Made by a program: the position numbers and the translations under genes. Positions 39,694-53,536 of a stretch of 64,000 nt of DNA are shown in pieces (position 1 is the first letter of the stretch; each line of letters opens with the position of its first letter). The notes beneath the pieces are model-generated. The model saw nothing but the letters and a program-made list of their open reading frames with translations. It had not been told where the DNA came from and did no database searches. This stretch comes from Eledone cirrhosa (taxonomy: Eukaryota), in assembly GCA_964016885.1 (NCBI GenBank), contig OZ024763.1, positions 20,956,001 through 21,020,000 on the forward strand, written 5' to 3'.

Positions 39694-40031
39694 TATATAT
39701 ATATATATGTGTGTGTGTATACATATATGTATGTATATATATATATATATATATGTGTGAATGTATATATATATATGTATGTATTTATATATATATATAT
39801 GTGTGTGTATATATATGTATATATATATGTATATATATTTATATGTATATATATATATGTATATATATTTATATGTATATATATATGTATATATATATGT
39901 ATATATATTTATATGTATATATATATGTATATATATATTTATATATATGTATATATATATGTATATATATATATATGTATATATATATTTATATGTATAT
40001 ATATATTTATATGTATATATATATTTATATG

Positions 40032-40068
<37 letters not shown>

Positions 40069-40118
40069 GTATATATATTTATATGTATATATATATGTAT
40101 ATATATATGTATATATAT

Positions 40119-40156
<38 letters not shown>

Positions 40157-40244
40157 ATATATAGATAAGGAATTTTTTAATAAAATCAAAACTTTTCTTT
40201 TGTATACATACATCCATATACATACATATATATATATATATATT
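39694..40244. repeat. (TA)n compound microsatellite
   Basis: Read directly from the sequence. Confidence 0.97.
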
Positions 40245-43104
40245 TCTTAAATCTCTTTCATAAGTTTATTAATTTTGCTTCAGTTGTAATGTAAACCCTC
40301 CAAACAGTTTTCTTTTCTTTTTTTTTTTAAATTCTATAAAAGTTCACTACTTCTAAAAACAATAATGTTTTCCTTTCTAGAGTTATATGTCTGGCGAAAT
40401 ATTGTTTTGTTTAGCGATCTGTAACGGAAAATGAGTAATTGTTCTGAATAAAGTTAGATTCTTCCGACAGCTATAACCATAAATTTGAGCAATTCGGTTT
40501 CAACAATGCATCATTATAGAAAGATATTAAGTACAAATTAGTGGCTACACTTTATTGGATGAAAGAAATGATGCTAATGCTGTCTTTCAATTGAGTGTGT
40601 ATGTTTGTGTGTAGGAGAGTGTATTTGTGTGCGTGTGTTGCTGTGTGCGTATGTATGTGTGTGTGTGTGTGTGTGTAGGAAGGGGTATGTATTAGTGTGT
40701 GTTGGTGTGTGTGTGTGTGTGTAGGAAGGTGTATGTATGTGTGTTGGTGTGTGTGTGTGTGTAGGGAGGTGTATGTATGTGTGTGTGTTGGTGTGTAGGA
40801 AGGTGTATGTATGTGTGTGTTGGTGTGTGTGTGAGTGTGTAGGAAGGTGTATGTATATGAGTGTGTTGGTGTGTTGGGGATGGGCAGCTGAGGAAAGACA
40901 GAAAAAGAGATTTATAAGAAAAGAACCATATACAAAATGGTGTTTTTGAAACAAATTTATGTAACAAAGGAATTGGTGTATAACAGAAGACTTATGTTAT
41001 TTTCTATATAATTCCTTCCTTTCTTTCACATTTTCTAACAAGCAGTCAAATGTAAAAATAAACTTAACAGCCACCTGCAATCAAGTATGACTTGGTAGCA
41101 ATGTTTCAGACACACACTCTCACACATAAACATTACTTCACATCAGAATATTGTTCCACAGTTCGTATTGTTCTTCTATTACAAAAAAACGTTTGCCTCT
41201 TAATTCACAGTTGTATAAATAAAGTCGTTCCTTCTTTCACATTTTCTAACAAGCAAGCAAATGTATAAATAAACATAATAACCACACTCAATCAAGTATG
41301 ACTTGGTAGAATTTAGCATGCTTTCGCTAAGAGTTTAAAATACCTGTGCAGTTACAAGCAAACACAAACTTCCTGGGTTGAGAAAAAGGGTGAAATTTGA
41401 TATATATATATATGGGGAAAGGGCCTTTAACCCTTTAGAATTTAAACTGGCTGTATCCGGCCAGAATTCTTTCACCTCTTTCTGTTCAAACCAGCTGTAA
41501 CCGGCCACTCATACCAATGTTAAGGTATTGTTCTCAAAATAAATAACATCAAAATCTCATAGATTCAATATTATATATATTATGTGAGATAATTATGTGA
41601 GATAAAGGGTGACATTTGCTATATATATATGGGCTTGCAACTTTTGATGGAGTCGTAGTGGTGCCATCCTGACACACTGCATGTCTTGGGCATTTTAAAC
41701 CAATTGAGTGTACATGTGTGTGTGTGATAAGGTGTATATGTCTGTTGGTGTGAGGGGGACAGATGGCCACCATCACCACCACCACCACCTCCTCCTCTTT
41801 CTGTCCAAACCAGCTGTAACCAGCTGCTCATATTGATGTTAAGGTATTGTTCTCAAAATAAATAATATCAAAATTTTATAGATTCCATATTATGGGAGAT
41901 AATTATCTGAGATAAAGCCTTTACCACAAAATTATAATATTATATATAAACGGATAAAGATACCCTAACTCCCTTGTGGAGCCGTAGAGGCCTCGTCATA
42001 TGGCGTATCTAGGGCAGTTTTAAACCTGGCAGAACCCAACCCTCTCCAGGTCATAAAACAACCTATTTTTTTCTATAAAGGAAGAATCGACCCCAGTACT
42101 GGCTTTGTCAGGTGCTGGATGTAGAAATTAGATCTAAGCATTTGATTGGTTATATTGTTACTTAGCAACAAAAACGTCACCCCAGTCATCATTTATGAAC
42201 CTCGAAAGTCAAAGATGTTTTATAGAGTCATTAATATAGTAATAAATAGAGATGAAATAAATGAAAGATCTTTGAATTATATATAATTTTATAGTAAAAC
42301 ATTAATGAACTTTTCTAATGGCAATCCAATACTTGCAGACATAATGACTATTTCAATTTTTATTCTAATAATTTCATCTCTTGAGACAAATTCTAAATGA
42401 AGCAATCCCTTTTAATAAATTGCTCTATAATTAGTTCAGAAAGTCCAAACAAGGCAGTATTGGGATATTTTTACAATCACAAGGGTATTTGATTAGAAGA
42501 ATTGGTAGAGCATCAGATAAAAAGCCATCACGGTACTAGTTCTGGCTCGCTTCATTCCGCATTCAAATTCTCCTAAGGTCAACTTTGTCTTTTATCCTTC
42601 CAGAGACGTTAAGATATGGTACCAGTAATGTACTGGGAGTATTTAATCAACTTTGCCCTTCCCTCAAATTTACTGGACTTGTGCCTAAATTAATTACTCT
42701 ATAATAAGTTAGTTCAGAAAGTCCAACCAAGGCAGTGTTGGGATATTTTCACAATACAATCACAAGGGTATTTGTTGCATTGGTAGAATTGGTGGATCAT
42801 CAAGTGAAATACCATTACAGTTCTAGTTCTGGCTCTTTACATTCTGAGTTCTAATTCTGTTGAGGTCAACTTTGCTTTTTATCCTTCCAGAGTTGATAAA
42901 ATATGCTACCAGTCATGTACTGGGTGTATTTAAGCAACATTGCCCTTCTCTCAAATTTACTATCCTTGTGTCTTAATTAGAAATCAATATTTCCACAGCA
43001 AGATAACATAACTGCTTTGTTTCCTCAATCATAACCACTAGGCCATATGCCTTAAGGTAGCTAGGGTTACTTTATTTAATGTCTCATCCTTTCTATTTTT
43101 ATGA

Positions 43105-43290
43105 TTGTGTGAGCATGTGGTTAGAATGTCACAGGAAAGAATCGCTGGACAGATTTTACTGGCAAAACTAGCTGGCAGGAGACTCAGGGGTAGACACCGA
43201 GCAAGATGGTTGGATAACACCCATGAGCTTGGCTGGTCATGCTTGTGGATCCAGCTGGATCAGTTGGAGATGGTTGCTTCTGACAGGACC
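43105..43290 (+). pseudogene. RTE-group LINE C-terminal fragment, a distinct family
   Basis: HVVRMSQERIA.QIL...GRRLRGRHRARWLD...SDR. Confidence 0.75.
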
Positions 43291-43937
43291 TGTTTTCTAC
43301 AGCTGGATACCCTCCCTATCACCAACCACTTTACAGAGTGTACTGGGTGCATTTGTTGAGTAGATCACCAACTTTAGGGAGACTGTTGTGCTTTTGACAC
43401 AACAAAATAGTCCTACCTGACCCTTTATTTAGCAAATTTTCTACAGCTAGATACCCTCCCTACCATCAACTACTTTACAGCCTGTGCTAAATGTTTGATC
43501 TAACTCTACCATTATGTAATTGGTTCACTTTCAATACACAGTCTCATATCAAGTCACTTGCTGTATTAGTACAACACTGAAATGGCTGCTCTATTCTCTA
43601 TATTTTTTCTCTATCGTATTACCTATTACAAATCTCATTACCAATCCATAATGGTCTCCATACCATCGTACATTTTAATTTTTTGATATTGCTGCAAACT
43701 TGAAAGAAATTTCCTTTATATTTTATATTAGAAAAAAGAAAAAAACAAAAACAAACGACTATTTGCAAATTGTGTTTTTCTTTTATCGTAAAATTTTATA
43801 TAATCAGGATATTATTTACAGCTTCCTAGGAACAATGTGTATTATATTTAATATTGAATGGAAAGTCAGTCTTTTTTAAAGTCTACATTTTTAACAGCAG
43901 CATTCATGAATCCCCAAACAGTATCTGTTTAACATTT

Positions 43938-46170
43938 GGTTTGGCAGTATCGGTAGAGGGTCGGACGCCATGCTTTCCAGCATAGTTTCGTCCCTTTCAA
44001 ATCCCGCCGAGGTTGACTTTGCCTTTCATCCTTACGGGGTCGATAAAATAAAGTACCAGTAATGCACTGGGTAATTGCTGGCCTTGTGCCTAAAGTAGAA
44101 ACAATTATTATTATATGGTGGATTGGCAGTATCGATAGAGGGTCGGACGCCATGCTTTGCAGCAAAGAGTTACAGCCTTTTATGGTCTGAGTTCAAATCC
44201 CACCGAGGTTAACTTTGCCTTTCATCCTTACGGGGTCGATAAAATAAAGCACCAGTAATACACTGGGATAATTGCTGGCCTTGTGCCAAAAGTAGAAACA
44301 ATTATTATATGCACTTCACAATTGTGAGGGCTGCAAGCTTGATTTCTGAGCTTGGCGATGCATTATTTCCTTGAGCAAGACACTTTATTTCATGTTGCTC
44401 CTTTTGCCAGGAGTTACAACCGGTAGACAGTATCAGCAATGGAAAGACCAATTAATTTTAGGGGAATGGATTAGCTGTATTGGTAGAATGCCAGATAACC
44501 TGCTTCACAGCATATAGTTATAGTCCTTTACATTCTGAGTTCAAATCCTACCGATGTTAGCTTTGCCTTTCATCCTTACGGGGTTAATAAAATAAAGCAC
44601 CAGTAATGTACTGGGGTCAATTTAATCGACTTTCTCCTGCCCCCAAATTACTGGCCTTGTGCTTATATTAGAAATCATTATTATTATTATATGGCAGTAT
44701 CGGTAGAGGGTCGGACGCCATGCTTTCCAGCATAGTTACGTCCCTTTACGATCTGAGTTCAAATCCCGCCAAGGTTAACTTTGCCTTTCATCCAACTCTC
44801 GAATTAAGAAAAGATAAATAAATAAAATGAAATGAAATGAAATAAAATAAAGATAAAGTTAGAAAAGTAAATCCAGAAACTTCATTGCAGCAAAAAGTTA
44901 CACCTCTTTATGGTCTGAGTTCAAATCCCGCCGAGGTTAACTTTGCCTTTCATCCTTACGGGGTTGATAAAATAAAGTACCAGTAATGCACTGGGTAATT
45001 GCTGGCCTTGTGCCTAAAAGTAGAAACAATTATTATTATTACTATTATGTTCTTGAGTTTAAACTCTGTTCATTGGCTTTCAGTATATTAATAGAGTACA
45101 TTTAGTATTAAATCATTAACTATTTTGCTCAATAAATCTTGTGCATCTATGAAACTACATCAGTCTAATACCTATTAGTAAACTCTCAACTAACAATCAG
45201 GAATCTGACAGGATTGGCAGTCTGCCAGAAATCTTTCATTATCATTATTAGGCTAGGGTGGTGGATTGGCAGTATCGGTAGAGGGTCGGACGCCATGCTT
45301 TCCAGCAGAGTTACGCCCCTTTACGATCTGAGTTCAAATCCCGCCAAGGTTAACTTTGCCTTTCATCCAACTCTCGAATTAAGAAAAGATAAATAAATAA
45401 AATGAAATGAAATGAAATAAAATAAAGATAAAGTTAGAAAAGTAAATCCAGAAACTTCATTGCAGCAAAAAGTTACACCTCTTTATGGTCTGAGTTCAAA
45501 TCCCGCCGAGGTTAACTTTGCCTTTCATCCTTACGGGGTTGATAAAATAAAGTACCAGTAATGCACTGGGTAATTGCTGGCCTTGTGCCTAAAAGTAGAA
45601 ACAATTATTATTATTACTATTATGTTCTTGAGTTTAAACTCTGTTCATTGGCTTTCAGTATATTAATAGAGTACATTTAGTATTAAATCATTAACTATTT
45701 TGCTCAATAAATCTTGTGCATCTATGAAACTACATCAGTCTAATACCTATTAGTAAACTCTCAACTAACAATCAGGAATCTGACAGGATTGGCAGTCTGC
45801 CAGAAATCTTTCATTATCATTATTAGGCTAGGGTGGTGGATTGGCAGTATCGGTAGAGGGTCGGACGCCATGCTTTCCAGCAGAGTTACGCCCCTTTACG
45901 ATCTGAGTTCAAATCCCGCCGAGGTTGACTTTGCCTTTCATCCTTACGGGGTTGATAAAATAAAGTACCAGTAATGCACTGGGTAATTGCTGGCCTTGTG
46001 CCTAAAGTAGAAACAATTATCATTATTAGGCTAGGGTGGTGGATTGACAATAGACTTTGTGGTATATAGTTATGTCCCTTTACATTCTGTGTTCAAATCC
46101 CACAGAGGTTAGCTTTACTTTTCATCCTTATGGGGTTGATGAAGTAAAGTACGAGTAATGCACTGGGTTT
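43938..46170 (+). mobile_element. Same-strand cluster of ~9 family N SINE copies and fragments
   Basis: Recurrent TGGCAGTATCGGTAGAGGGTCGGACGCCATGC head and CTTTGCCTTTCATCC core. Confidence 0.88.
44692..45942. repeat. 575-bp tandem duplication, ~2.2 copies
   Basis: Near-identical blocks offset by 575; for example, the ORFs at 45214 and 45789 start identically. Confidence 0.92.
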
Positions 46171-46309
46171 GTACTGTGCTGTTTGTTTTGTTATTTTTAT
46201 TGTTTCTGTTTACCTTTTACATACATATATATACATACATATACATATATATACACACACACATATATATACAAACATATATATGTATGTGTGTGTGTTA
46301 TGTGTGTCA

Positions 46310-46344
<35 letters not shown>

Positions 46345-46351
46345 ACTCTCA

Positions 46352-46384
<33 letters not shown>

Positions 46385-46489
46385 GTAATAATAATAAATT
46401 TGAAGACTTTAATCTGTTATTTTAATAAATATATATATATATATATATACGATATTAATAAATGGAAACAATATTTATAAAACCATATT

Positions 46490-46554
46490 TATTTCATTAT
46501 ACATATTTCAGGGATATCACATTAAATTATGGTATGCCTTCATCAGACAAAATA
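46490..46554 (-). ncRNA. Type I hammerhead ribozyme, family H1
   Basis: Same fold as 22101-22165, with one extra stem II mismatch. Confidence 0.8.
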
Positions 46555-47324
46555 CAATATATAACAGTTTTACAAATAGGTTTGACGTACCCTTTAAAAT
46601 ACAACCATTACTTTTGGAGGCTGTCTGGATAGTGATTTGTTTATATAATAAGTCATAGTGTTAAGCACAATTAGAAAAAGACGGAGAGAAAGAAAGAGAG
46701 AAGAACAAAGACAGAGAGAGAGAAAGAAAAGAGAAAGAAAACCTGGAGAAATATCGGAGAGAGAGAGAAAAGTATGGAGAAAAGAAAGAGATAGATAAAG
46801 ATAGGAGGAAATAAAAAAAGAAAGAAAAGGAAGGAATAAGAAAAACAAAGGAAAGCAACAGAGAGATATCAAGTCATCATACAGAAAGAGAAACTCAAGA
46901 GAGAGAAATACTATATAGAGAGAGGGGGACAGTGACAACTTTACGTCATGTCATATTAAGTTAAGTTAACAATTTATATGAAATGAATAATAAAAATATA
47001 AATATAAGTATCAATATTCATGAATGGGACATAGATATATAATATGAGAAATTAAACATTGTTCAATAATGACCATATGTTTAGTTTAGAAACTTGAGAT
47101 CAATATACCAAAATCTGAGTTCAAAATGTACCCTTGGTATAGAGATTAGTATTTTATGCAAAGACATACAAATACATATGTATATATACATACATATAGA
47201 TACGCACGTCCTGAAAATAGAAATTATGTTTACTCAAGCCAACAATATAGCCATACAAAACGTAAATGATTTCTCTTAATCACTGCTATACACTCATTGT
47301 GTTATAAAAATTTCACAGTATATA

Positions 47325-47510
47325 TCATCATCATCATCATCATCATCATCATTTTACGTCCGCTTTTCCCTGCTTGCAAGGGTGGGACGGGTCTTATTCA
47401 GCACAGCATCTCTCCACTCGTCACGGTCCCTCGTCATCTCCACCGTGAGCTTCAATGATCTGAGGTCTGTTCTCACCACCTCCGCCCATGTTTTTCGTGG
47501 TCTACCTCTA
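47325..47510 (-). mobile_element. RTE-c 3' end nested in the PLE
   Basis: RGRPRKTWAEVVRTDLRSLKLTVEMTRDRDEWRDAVLNKTRPTLASREKRT* followed by (GAT)n. Confidence 0.88.
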
Positions 47511-48263
47511 CAAATATATACGATTAACAATCATGTCCTCATATATACGATTACCATTCATGTGTTTAATATTATGCACATCTGCAACATACCTCTCAAC
47601 CACATAGATATATACACACACATATATACACATACATATGTATAATAAATATTTGCGTGCGTCCTCATGCATCACTCATGTATATATACAGACACATATA
47701 CGAACACAAAAAATCTATAACACTTTCTATGCATGTTAATACACACATATGCATTTGTATAGAGATAATCCAATATCAATAAATTACCAAAGGGTTATAA
47801 TTTTTAAATATAACCATAACAATACAAATTTAAAATGCAACTATACAGTCAAAAGAAATCTAGAAATATCAAAGCATTAAATATCATTAAAATAATATGT
47901 TTTATATATTTAGTATAGAAATTTATCCTACGTATATCTCAATCAAGAGAGGGTAGACTTGTGAAAGTTATGAGAAGCTATCATAATCAAAACAAATAAA
48001 AATAATGTAAAAGATTTAAAAAATTTAAAAACCCAATGATTCTACATATAACCTTATATTTAATATAGAAATTTACCTTACGAATATTTTATTTAATACA
48101 TTGGAAGTATAGACATTTTAAAGTAGTTTATTATATCCATGTTTATATTGTGCTTAACACTATGACTTATTATATGAACAAATCACTATCCAGACAGCCT
48201 CCAAAAGTAATGGTTGTATTTTAAAGGGTACGTCAAACCTATTTGTAAAACTGTTATATATTG

Positions 48264-48328
48264 TATTTTGTCTGATGAAGGCATACCATAATTTAATGTG
48301 GTATCCCTGAAATATGTATAATGAAATA
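48264..48328 (+). ncRNA. Type I hammerhead ribozyme, family H1
   Basis: TATTTTGT-CTGATGA-AGGCATACCA(10 nt)TGGTATCCCT-GAAA-TATGTA-TA-ATGAAATA. Confidence 0.88.
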
Positions 48329-48480
48329 AATATGGTTTTATAAATATAGTTTCCATTTATTAATATCGTATATCTACTCCAAAAAAATTGTCGAGTGTTT
48401 TATATCAGTTATAAAAGTATTTACTTGTTGTATCCCAACAATTTTAAATAGAACTTTTGCATATATATATATATATATAT

Positions 48481-49145
48481 ATTTATTAAAATAACAGATT
48501 AAAGTTTAAGCAAAGAATCGCTGCTTTCACCCTTAACGGGATCTTCTGAAACTAACAAAGTCATACTTCTGTATTGTATTTATTTACTTTGTTCTTAACT
48601 CTGTAGCGGAGATTCATTTGGTCTCCTAGTTAGAATTTTAGTCTACAACTTCTGCTATACCATTTACGTGGTTTTGTCTTTGCGTGCTATTTTTCTCCAC
48701 GCTCCACATAAGACTTATTATCTTCGTTTTTTCGTTCATTGCCAGAGAACGTCTCTATGCACCACCTAAGAGAACATTAGTCTACGACCTCTTTTATACC
48801 ATAAACGTGGTTCTGTCTTTGCGCGTAATTGTTTTTCACCGCTCCTATTAATGACGTATTATTCGTTTTTTCCCGTTCTTTGCCAGCGAACGTTTCCACG
48901 AACCAAAGTATCGTCTTCCTGTCTTCCTCCGGTTGTAACGTTTTTTGAAATATCCAGTTCTGCGTTCACAGATTGACTTTGTTAGTTTCAGAAGATCCCG
49001 TTAAGGGTGAAAGTAGCGATTCTTTGCTTAAACTTTAATCTGTTATTTTAATAAATATTTGCTCTACGGTTCTTATATATTTGATATATATTCTCCTTAT
49101 CGAGCCCTCTTTGGATTTTAGTCTTCAATTTTATTATTATTACTA
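48481..49145. mobile_element. TA-flanked element with ~83-bp asymmetric inverted repeats (probable PLE remnant)
   Basis: 48481-48563 is the reverse complement of 48975-49057; the right arm extends ~85 nt further; internal ~139-bp diverged tandem duplication. Confidence 0.65.
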
Positions 49146-49164
49146 TTATTAATATTATTATTAT

Positions 49165-49204
<40 letters not shown>

Positions 49205-49205
<1 letters not shown>

Positions 49206-49325
49206 GAAGGCGTGTGGCTGAGTTGTTAGAGAATTGGATTCGCAATCACGAGGTTGCGAGTTCGATTCCTGGACTCGGCAATGAATTATGTCCTTAAGCA
49301 AGACACTTTATTTCACGTCGCTCCT
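49205..49325 (+). mobile_element. tRNA-head CORE-type SINE 5' fragment
   Basis: TGGCTGAGTTG A box, GTTCGATTCC B box, CCTTAAGCAAGACACTTTATTTCAC. Confidence 0.75.
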
Positions 49326-49713
49326 TCTACCTATAGAGATAGTATTAGCAATTGGAAAGACTGATGGAAACATTCTTTCCTCGGTCCGATTTGACAAATG
49401 TCAATTGACTGTCGATATATTATATCTAATTCTTCAAATTTACAAGACATAATCACCCGAATAACATCTCACAAATTAACTGTGAACCTACTTTTCTTTA
49501 TTCTACAGTCGAACATCTTACCAGGTAGGCCACACTGGTACCTGTACCGTGCAGATGAAACAGACTGCCTATCAAGCTGCATCATTTTAAGAGGTAAATA
49601 TCTTTTCAAATATTTCTCTCTTTCATCTTTGCTTACCTTCTATACATCGACATGTGAGATTTCTGTTTTAGCTTCACTTCTTCAACTACTACTTCAAAAT
49701 ATTGAAGCTGTAT

Positions 49714-49748
<35 letters not shown>

Positions 49749-50156
49749 AGCACATGTACATACATGCAGGGAATGAATACGCACACACACACACACATAT
49801 ATATACATACACACATATATGCAAATGTATATATACATATATATAGATATATATTTATAAACACGTACACATGCATGCATGGCATGTATATATATATACA
49901 TATACATGCATAATATGTATATGTGCATAAATCGCATGTATATATATATGTCAATATACATGTCATGTATGTCTATATACATATGGTATATACACATATT
50001 TGTGAATATGTATACAGTTTCATATTTTCAATTTTTTTCAAACTGTATCAAGATATGCTTTTATAAAAAACATCAATAAACCTTTAACATAATGATTTCT
50101 CTATATATTATTTACATATTTATTATTATATATTTATTGCACACACACACACACAG

Positions 50157-50216
<60 letters not shown>

Positions 50217-50228
50217 GTGTGTGTGTGT

Positions 50229-50357
50229 GCAATAAGAGGAATCAAATGCTGTGTGCAGGAGAGGCGGTTGCGCTGGTATGGACATGTGATGCGTATGAAG
50301 GATGACAGCTGCATAAAAAGGTGCAGAGCACTAGAAGTCGATGGAAACCGCGGAGTG
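50229..50357 (+). mobile_element. Internal RTE-a fragment
   Basis: [31 protein letters not shown] matches 12659-12785. Confidence 0.88.
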
Positions 50358-50409
50358 ATAAAAAACCCTCTGGTTTTATTCTTCATATATTTCTATGTAG
50401 TGTTATGCA

Positions 50410-51110
50410 TTGTCTGTCTGTCTCTGATTCTCTGTCAGTCTGTCTGTCAGTCTGCCTTACTATCTGTCTGTCTCTCTCTTTTTGTTTGTCTGACTCTTTG
50501 TCTCTCCATCTGATTCTCTGACTGTCTCGCTCTACCTCTGTGTCTGTCTCGCTCTACCTCTGATTCTCTGTCTGACTGACTGTCTGTCTGATTGTATATC
50601 TGTCTGTCTGTCAGTATATCTCCCCCTTTGTCTGTTTGTCTCTCTCCCTGATTCTTTGCCTGACTGACTGTCTGCCTCGCTCTTCCTCTGATTCTGTCTG
50701 ACTGACTGTCTGTTTATATATCTCTCTCTTTGTCTGTCTGTCTCTCTCTTTCCCTCTGACTCTCTGTCTCTCCATCTGATTCTCTGACTATCTGTCTGTT
50801 TCTCTCTCCTTGATTCTCTACCTGACTGACTGTCTGTCTCGCTCTTCCTCTGATTCTCTGTCTGACTGTCTGCCTGTATATATCTCTCCCTTTGTCTGTC
50901 TGTCTGTCTCTTTCTTTCTCTCCTCCCCTGATTCTCTACCTGAATGTCTGTCTATCTCTCTCTCTCCCTTTGTATGTATGTCTGTCTGACTCTCTGTTTG
51001 TCTGTCTGCCTGTCAGGCTTTTTGACTATTTGTCTGCCTGCATGCCTGTCTGTGTATGTATATCCCCCCTCTCTCTCTCTTTCTTTCTTTCACTCTCTCT
51101 GCCCCTCTCT
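50410..51110. repeat. (TCTG)/(TC)-rich low-complexity repeat
   Basis: Read directly from the sequence. Confidence 0.9.
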
Positions 51111-51876
51111 CCTGGTTTAACCTCCTTAAAACATATCTTCCATAAAACATAACTTCCACAAGATTTCCCAATCTTATTTTATTTTATATTTTATTTTATT
51201 CTTCTATATCTTCTGTAAATCCAAATACACATTTCCTCATCCAAGTGATTATATAGCTTTGTAATTCTCAACAAGGGCTCCACACTAGACATCGTGTGAT
51301 TATGGAATATTCTAAAGTAGCAGGAACTACAAAAATAAATAAATAAATAAAAATAATTAAAAAGAAATAGAAAATCAGGAGATATGCAAAAGCAACAACA
51401 AAAATATCCAAAAAAATCTAAAAAAAAACCAACAAAAAAAATATCAAGAAATATACAAAAAACCCAAACAAAAAATATCAAGAAATATGCAAAAAAAAAA
51501 AAAAAAAAATAATATCGAGAGATATGCAAAAAATAAATAGAATAAAATAAAAAGATAAATAAAAAGGAAAATGGTGGAAGTGCAACACAATATAGTTATT
51601 AAAATGTGAAGCAGAATGTGGAAGGTTTTGTACTAAACACGAACGAAAGATGTGAGATGTTCAACGTAAGAAAACGGTTGAGAATTAATCATTTAAATAG
51701 AGGACAAAACGTGTGTAACAATGTAGTCTTGCTGGCACCTTGACTATAAGGACATATATATATATATATGTATATATATGTATATATTTATGTATATATA
51801 TACACACATATATATATATATATTTAATAAACATTTATTGTACTGCCTCTCTGTTCTGTCCCTGTTCAAATTTTTC

Positions 51877-51916
<40 letters not shown>

Positions 51917-52977
51917 TATATATTTATATATATCTATGTATATGGATATAAGCGATGAAATACCAATGAAGGTTGGAAAATCACTGACGAAGGACTATTT
52001 TTATCATATGTAACCCATGTGCAACCACGCAGTATTCTTTCTTCTCATGTTTTTTATATATATTTATATATATATATATATTTATATATATATACACATA
52101 TATATATATATATATATGGATCATCATCATCATCATTTTAAATATATATATATTTAGAAGTGTTATGAAGAGTAGTTGTTATAGAATATATAGGTATGGC
52201 ATAGAAAACTAGTTTTAGCTGGATTCAATTAAAGAGCTTACCAGTTTATACAGACATACACAAGCAATGATAGATACTACTACTAATAAAAATAATAAGA
52301 AGAAATGAATTGATTTAGATGGATGTGAATTTGTGCCTTTTCCAATCATACAAATATATATGATTTGGTATTGATATTGGTATTGATACATTAATGGAAT
52401 AAAGAGAAGCATGTCATCCATTCACACATTTTATCTATGTATATTTAACCCATTTCCATACCAGTTTGAAGACTGACCTATGTGGTGAAGAGCCACATCT
52501 TATGTGTATATTATAAAGAGTGTGCTGAGCTGTTAGATTTTACTGGTTGGCACTGAATGGATTTTTGTGGCGTCCCCGTGTGTCCCAGTGTCCGTTCAAC
52601 ATGACATTCAGTGAACGCAATATATGTTCATTCAAGCTGAGCACCCAACCTCTATTAGTTTGAAAACTGGCCTGCATGGTGAAAAGCTACATCCTACATG
52701 AGCTGCCTCTGATTTGGGACTATCATGGGATAGTCTAATTGAACAGGTCAGATCTAGAGAAGTAAGCCTCGATAAAAATCCTGCTTGTCTCATTGTAAGC
52801 AGCAGTTCATGTGGTGATCATCATTTTAATTAGATGACCTCGGCGTCATGAATACCAGTGGCTTTGCAGATGATTGACTATTAATTCGATAATGGGTTGG
52901 CACAACTGTTCCAGCTAGAGGAGAAATCTATGAGTATGTAGTAAGCCTCAATAAAAATCCTGCTTGTCTTGTAGTAA

Positions 52978-53536
52978 ATGGACTTGGTGAATACCCACAA
53001 AGTTTTTAACCATCTCGCCAACTGCAACCCTGAGCGCCTCTTTGATCTCCATGTGTCTAACACACGTGGACATGCCTACAAGATAAGAAAACAGCACAGC
53101 TCCCATGACTTTCGCAGACATTTTTTCACGCTCAGAGTTGCTGAAGCATGGAACAAACTGCCTGCGTCAATTGTTAGCTGCCGAGACACTGCATCCTTTA
53201 AGACACTCATGCTTCCCGAAATACGCCAAAACTACACCTGATGTACCCCTTCCATACACATGCACACGTGTGTATCATGACTCGTGCACTGTTCATTTTA
53301 CTGATGTTTGTGCATTGCCCTATGTACTGTACATGCACTTTTTTGATGAGTTGTGGTGCACCTGGGCACTGTACACAATATTTCATTATTGTTATTGTTA
53401 TTATATCATGACTCATACACTGTTCATTTTCCTGACATGTGTACATTATTCTATGTACTATACATGCACCTTTGATGAGTTGTAGTGCACCTGAGCACTG
53501 TACACAATAATTTCATTATTATTATTATTATTATTA
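52978..53536 (+). mobile_element. CR1-clade LINE 3' end with a duplicated 3'UTR and (ATT)n tail
   Basis: DL...HK, TRGH.YK, RRHFFT.RV.EAWN.LP..IV...SFK. Interrupts a ~180-bp tandem duplication (52760-52977 / 53537-53678). Confidence 0.9.

Larger units (their letters stand above)
46448..48461 (-). mobile_element. Non-coding copy of the Naiad-type PLE 3' region with an inverted arm at 48147-48461
   Basis: Collinear with 22059-23800; 48147-48370 is the reverse complement of 46448-46671; TA-flanked. Confidence 0.88.
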
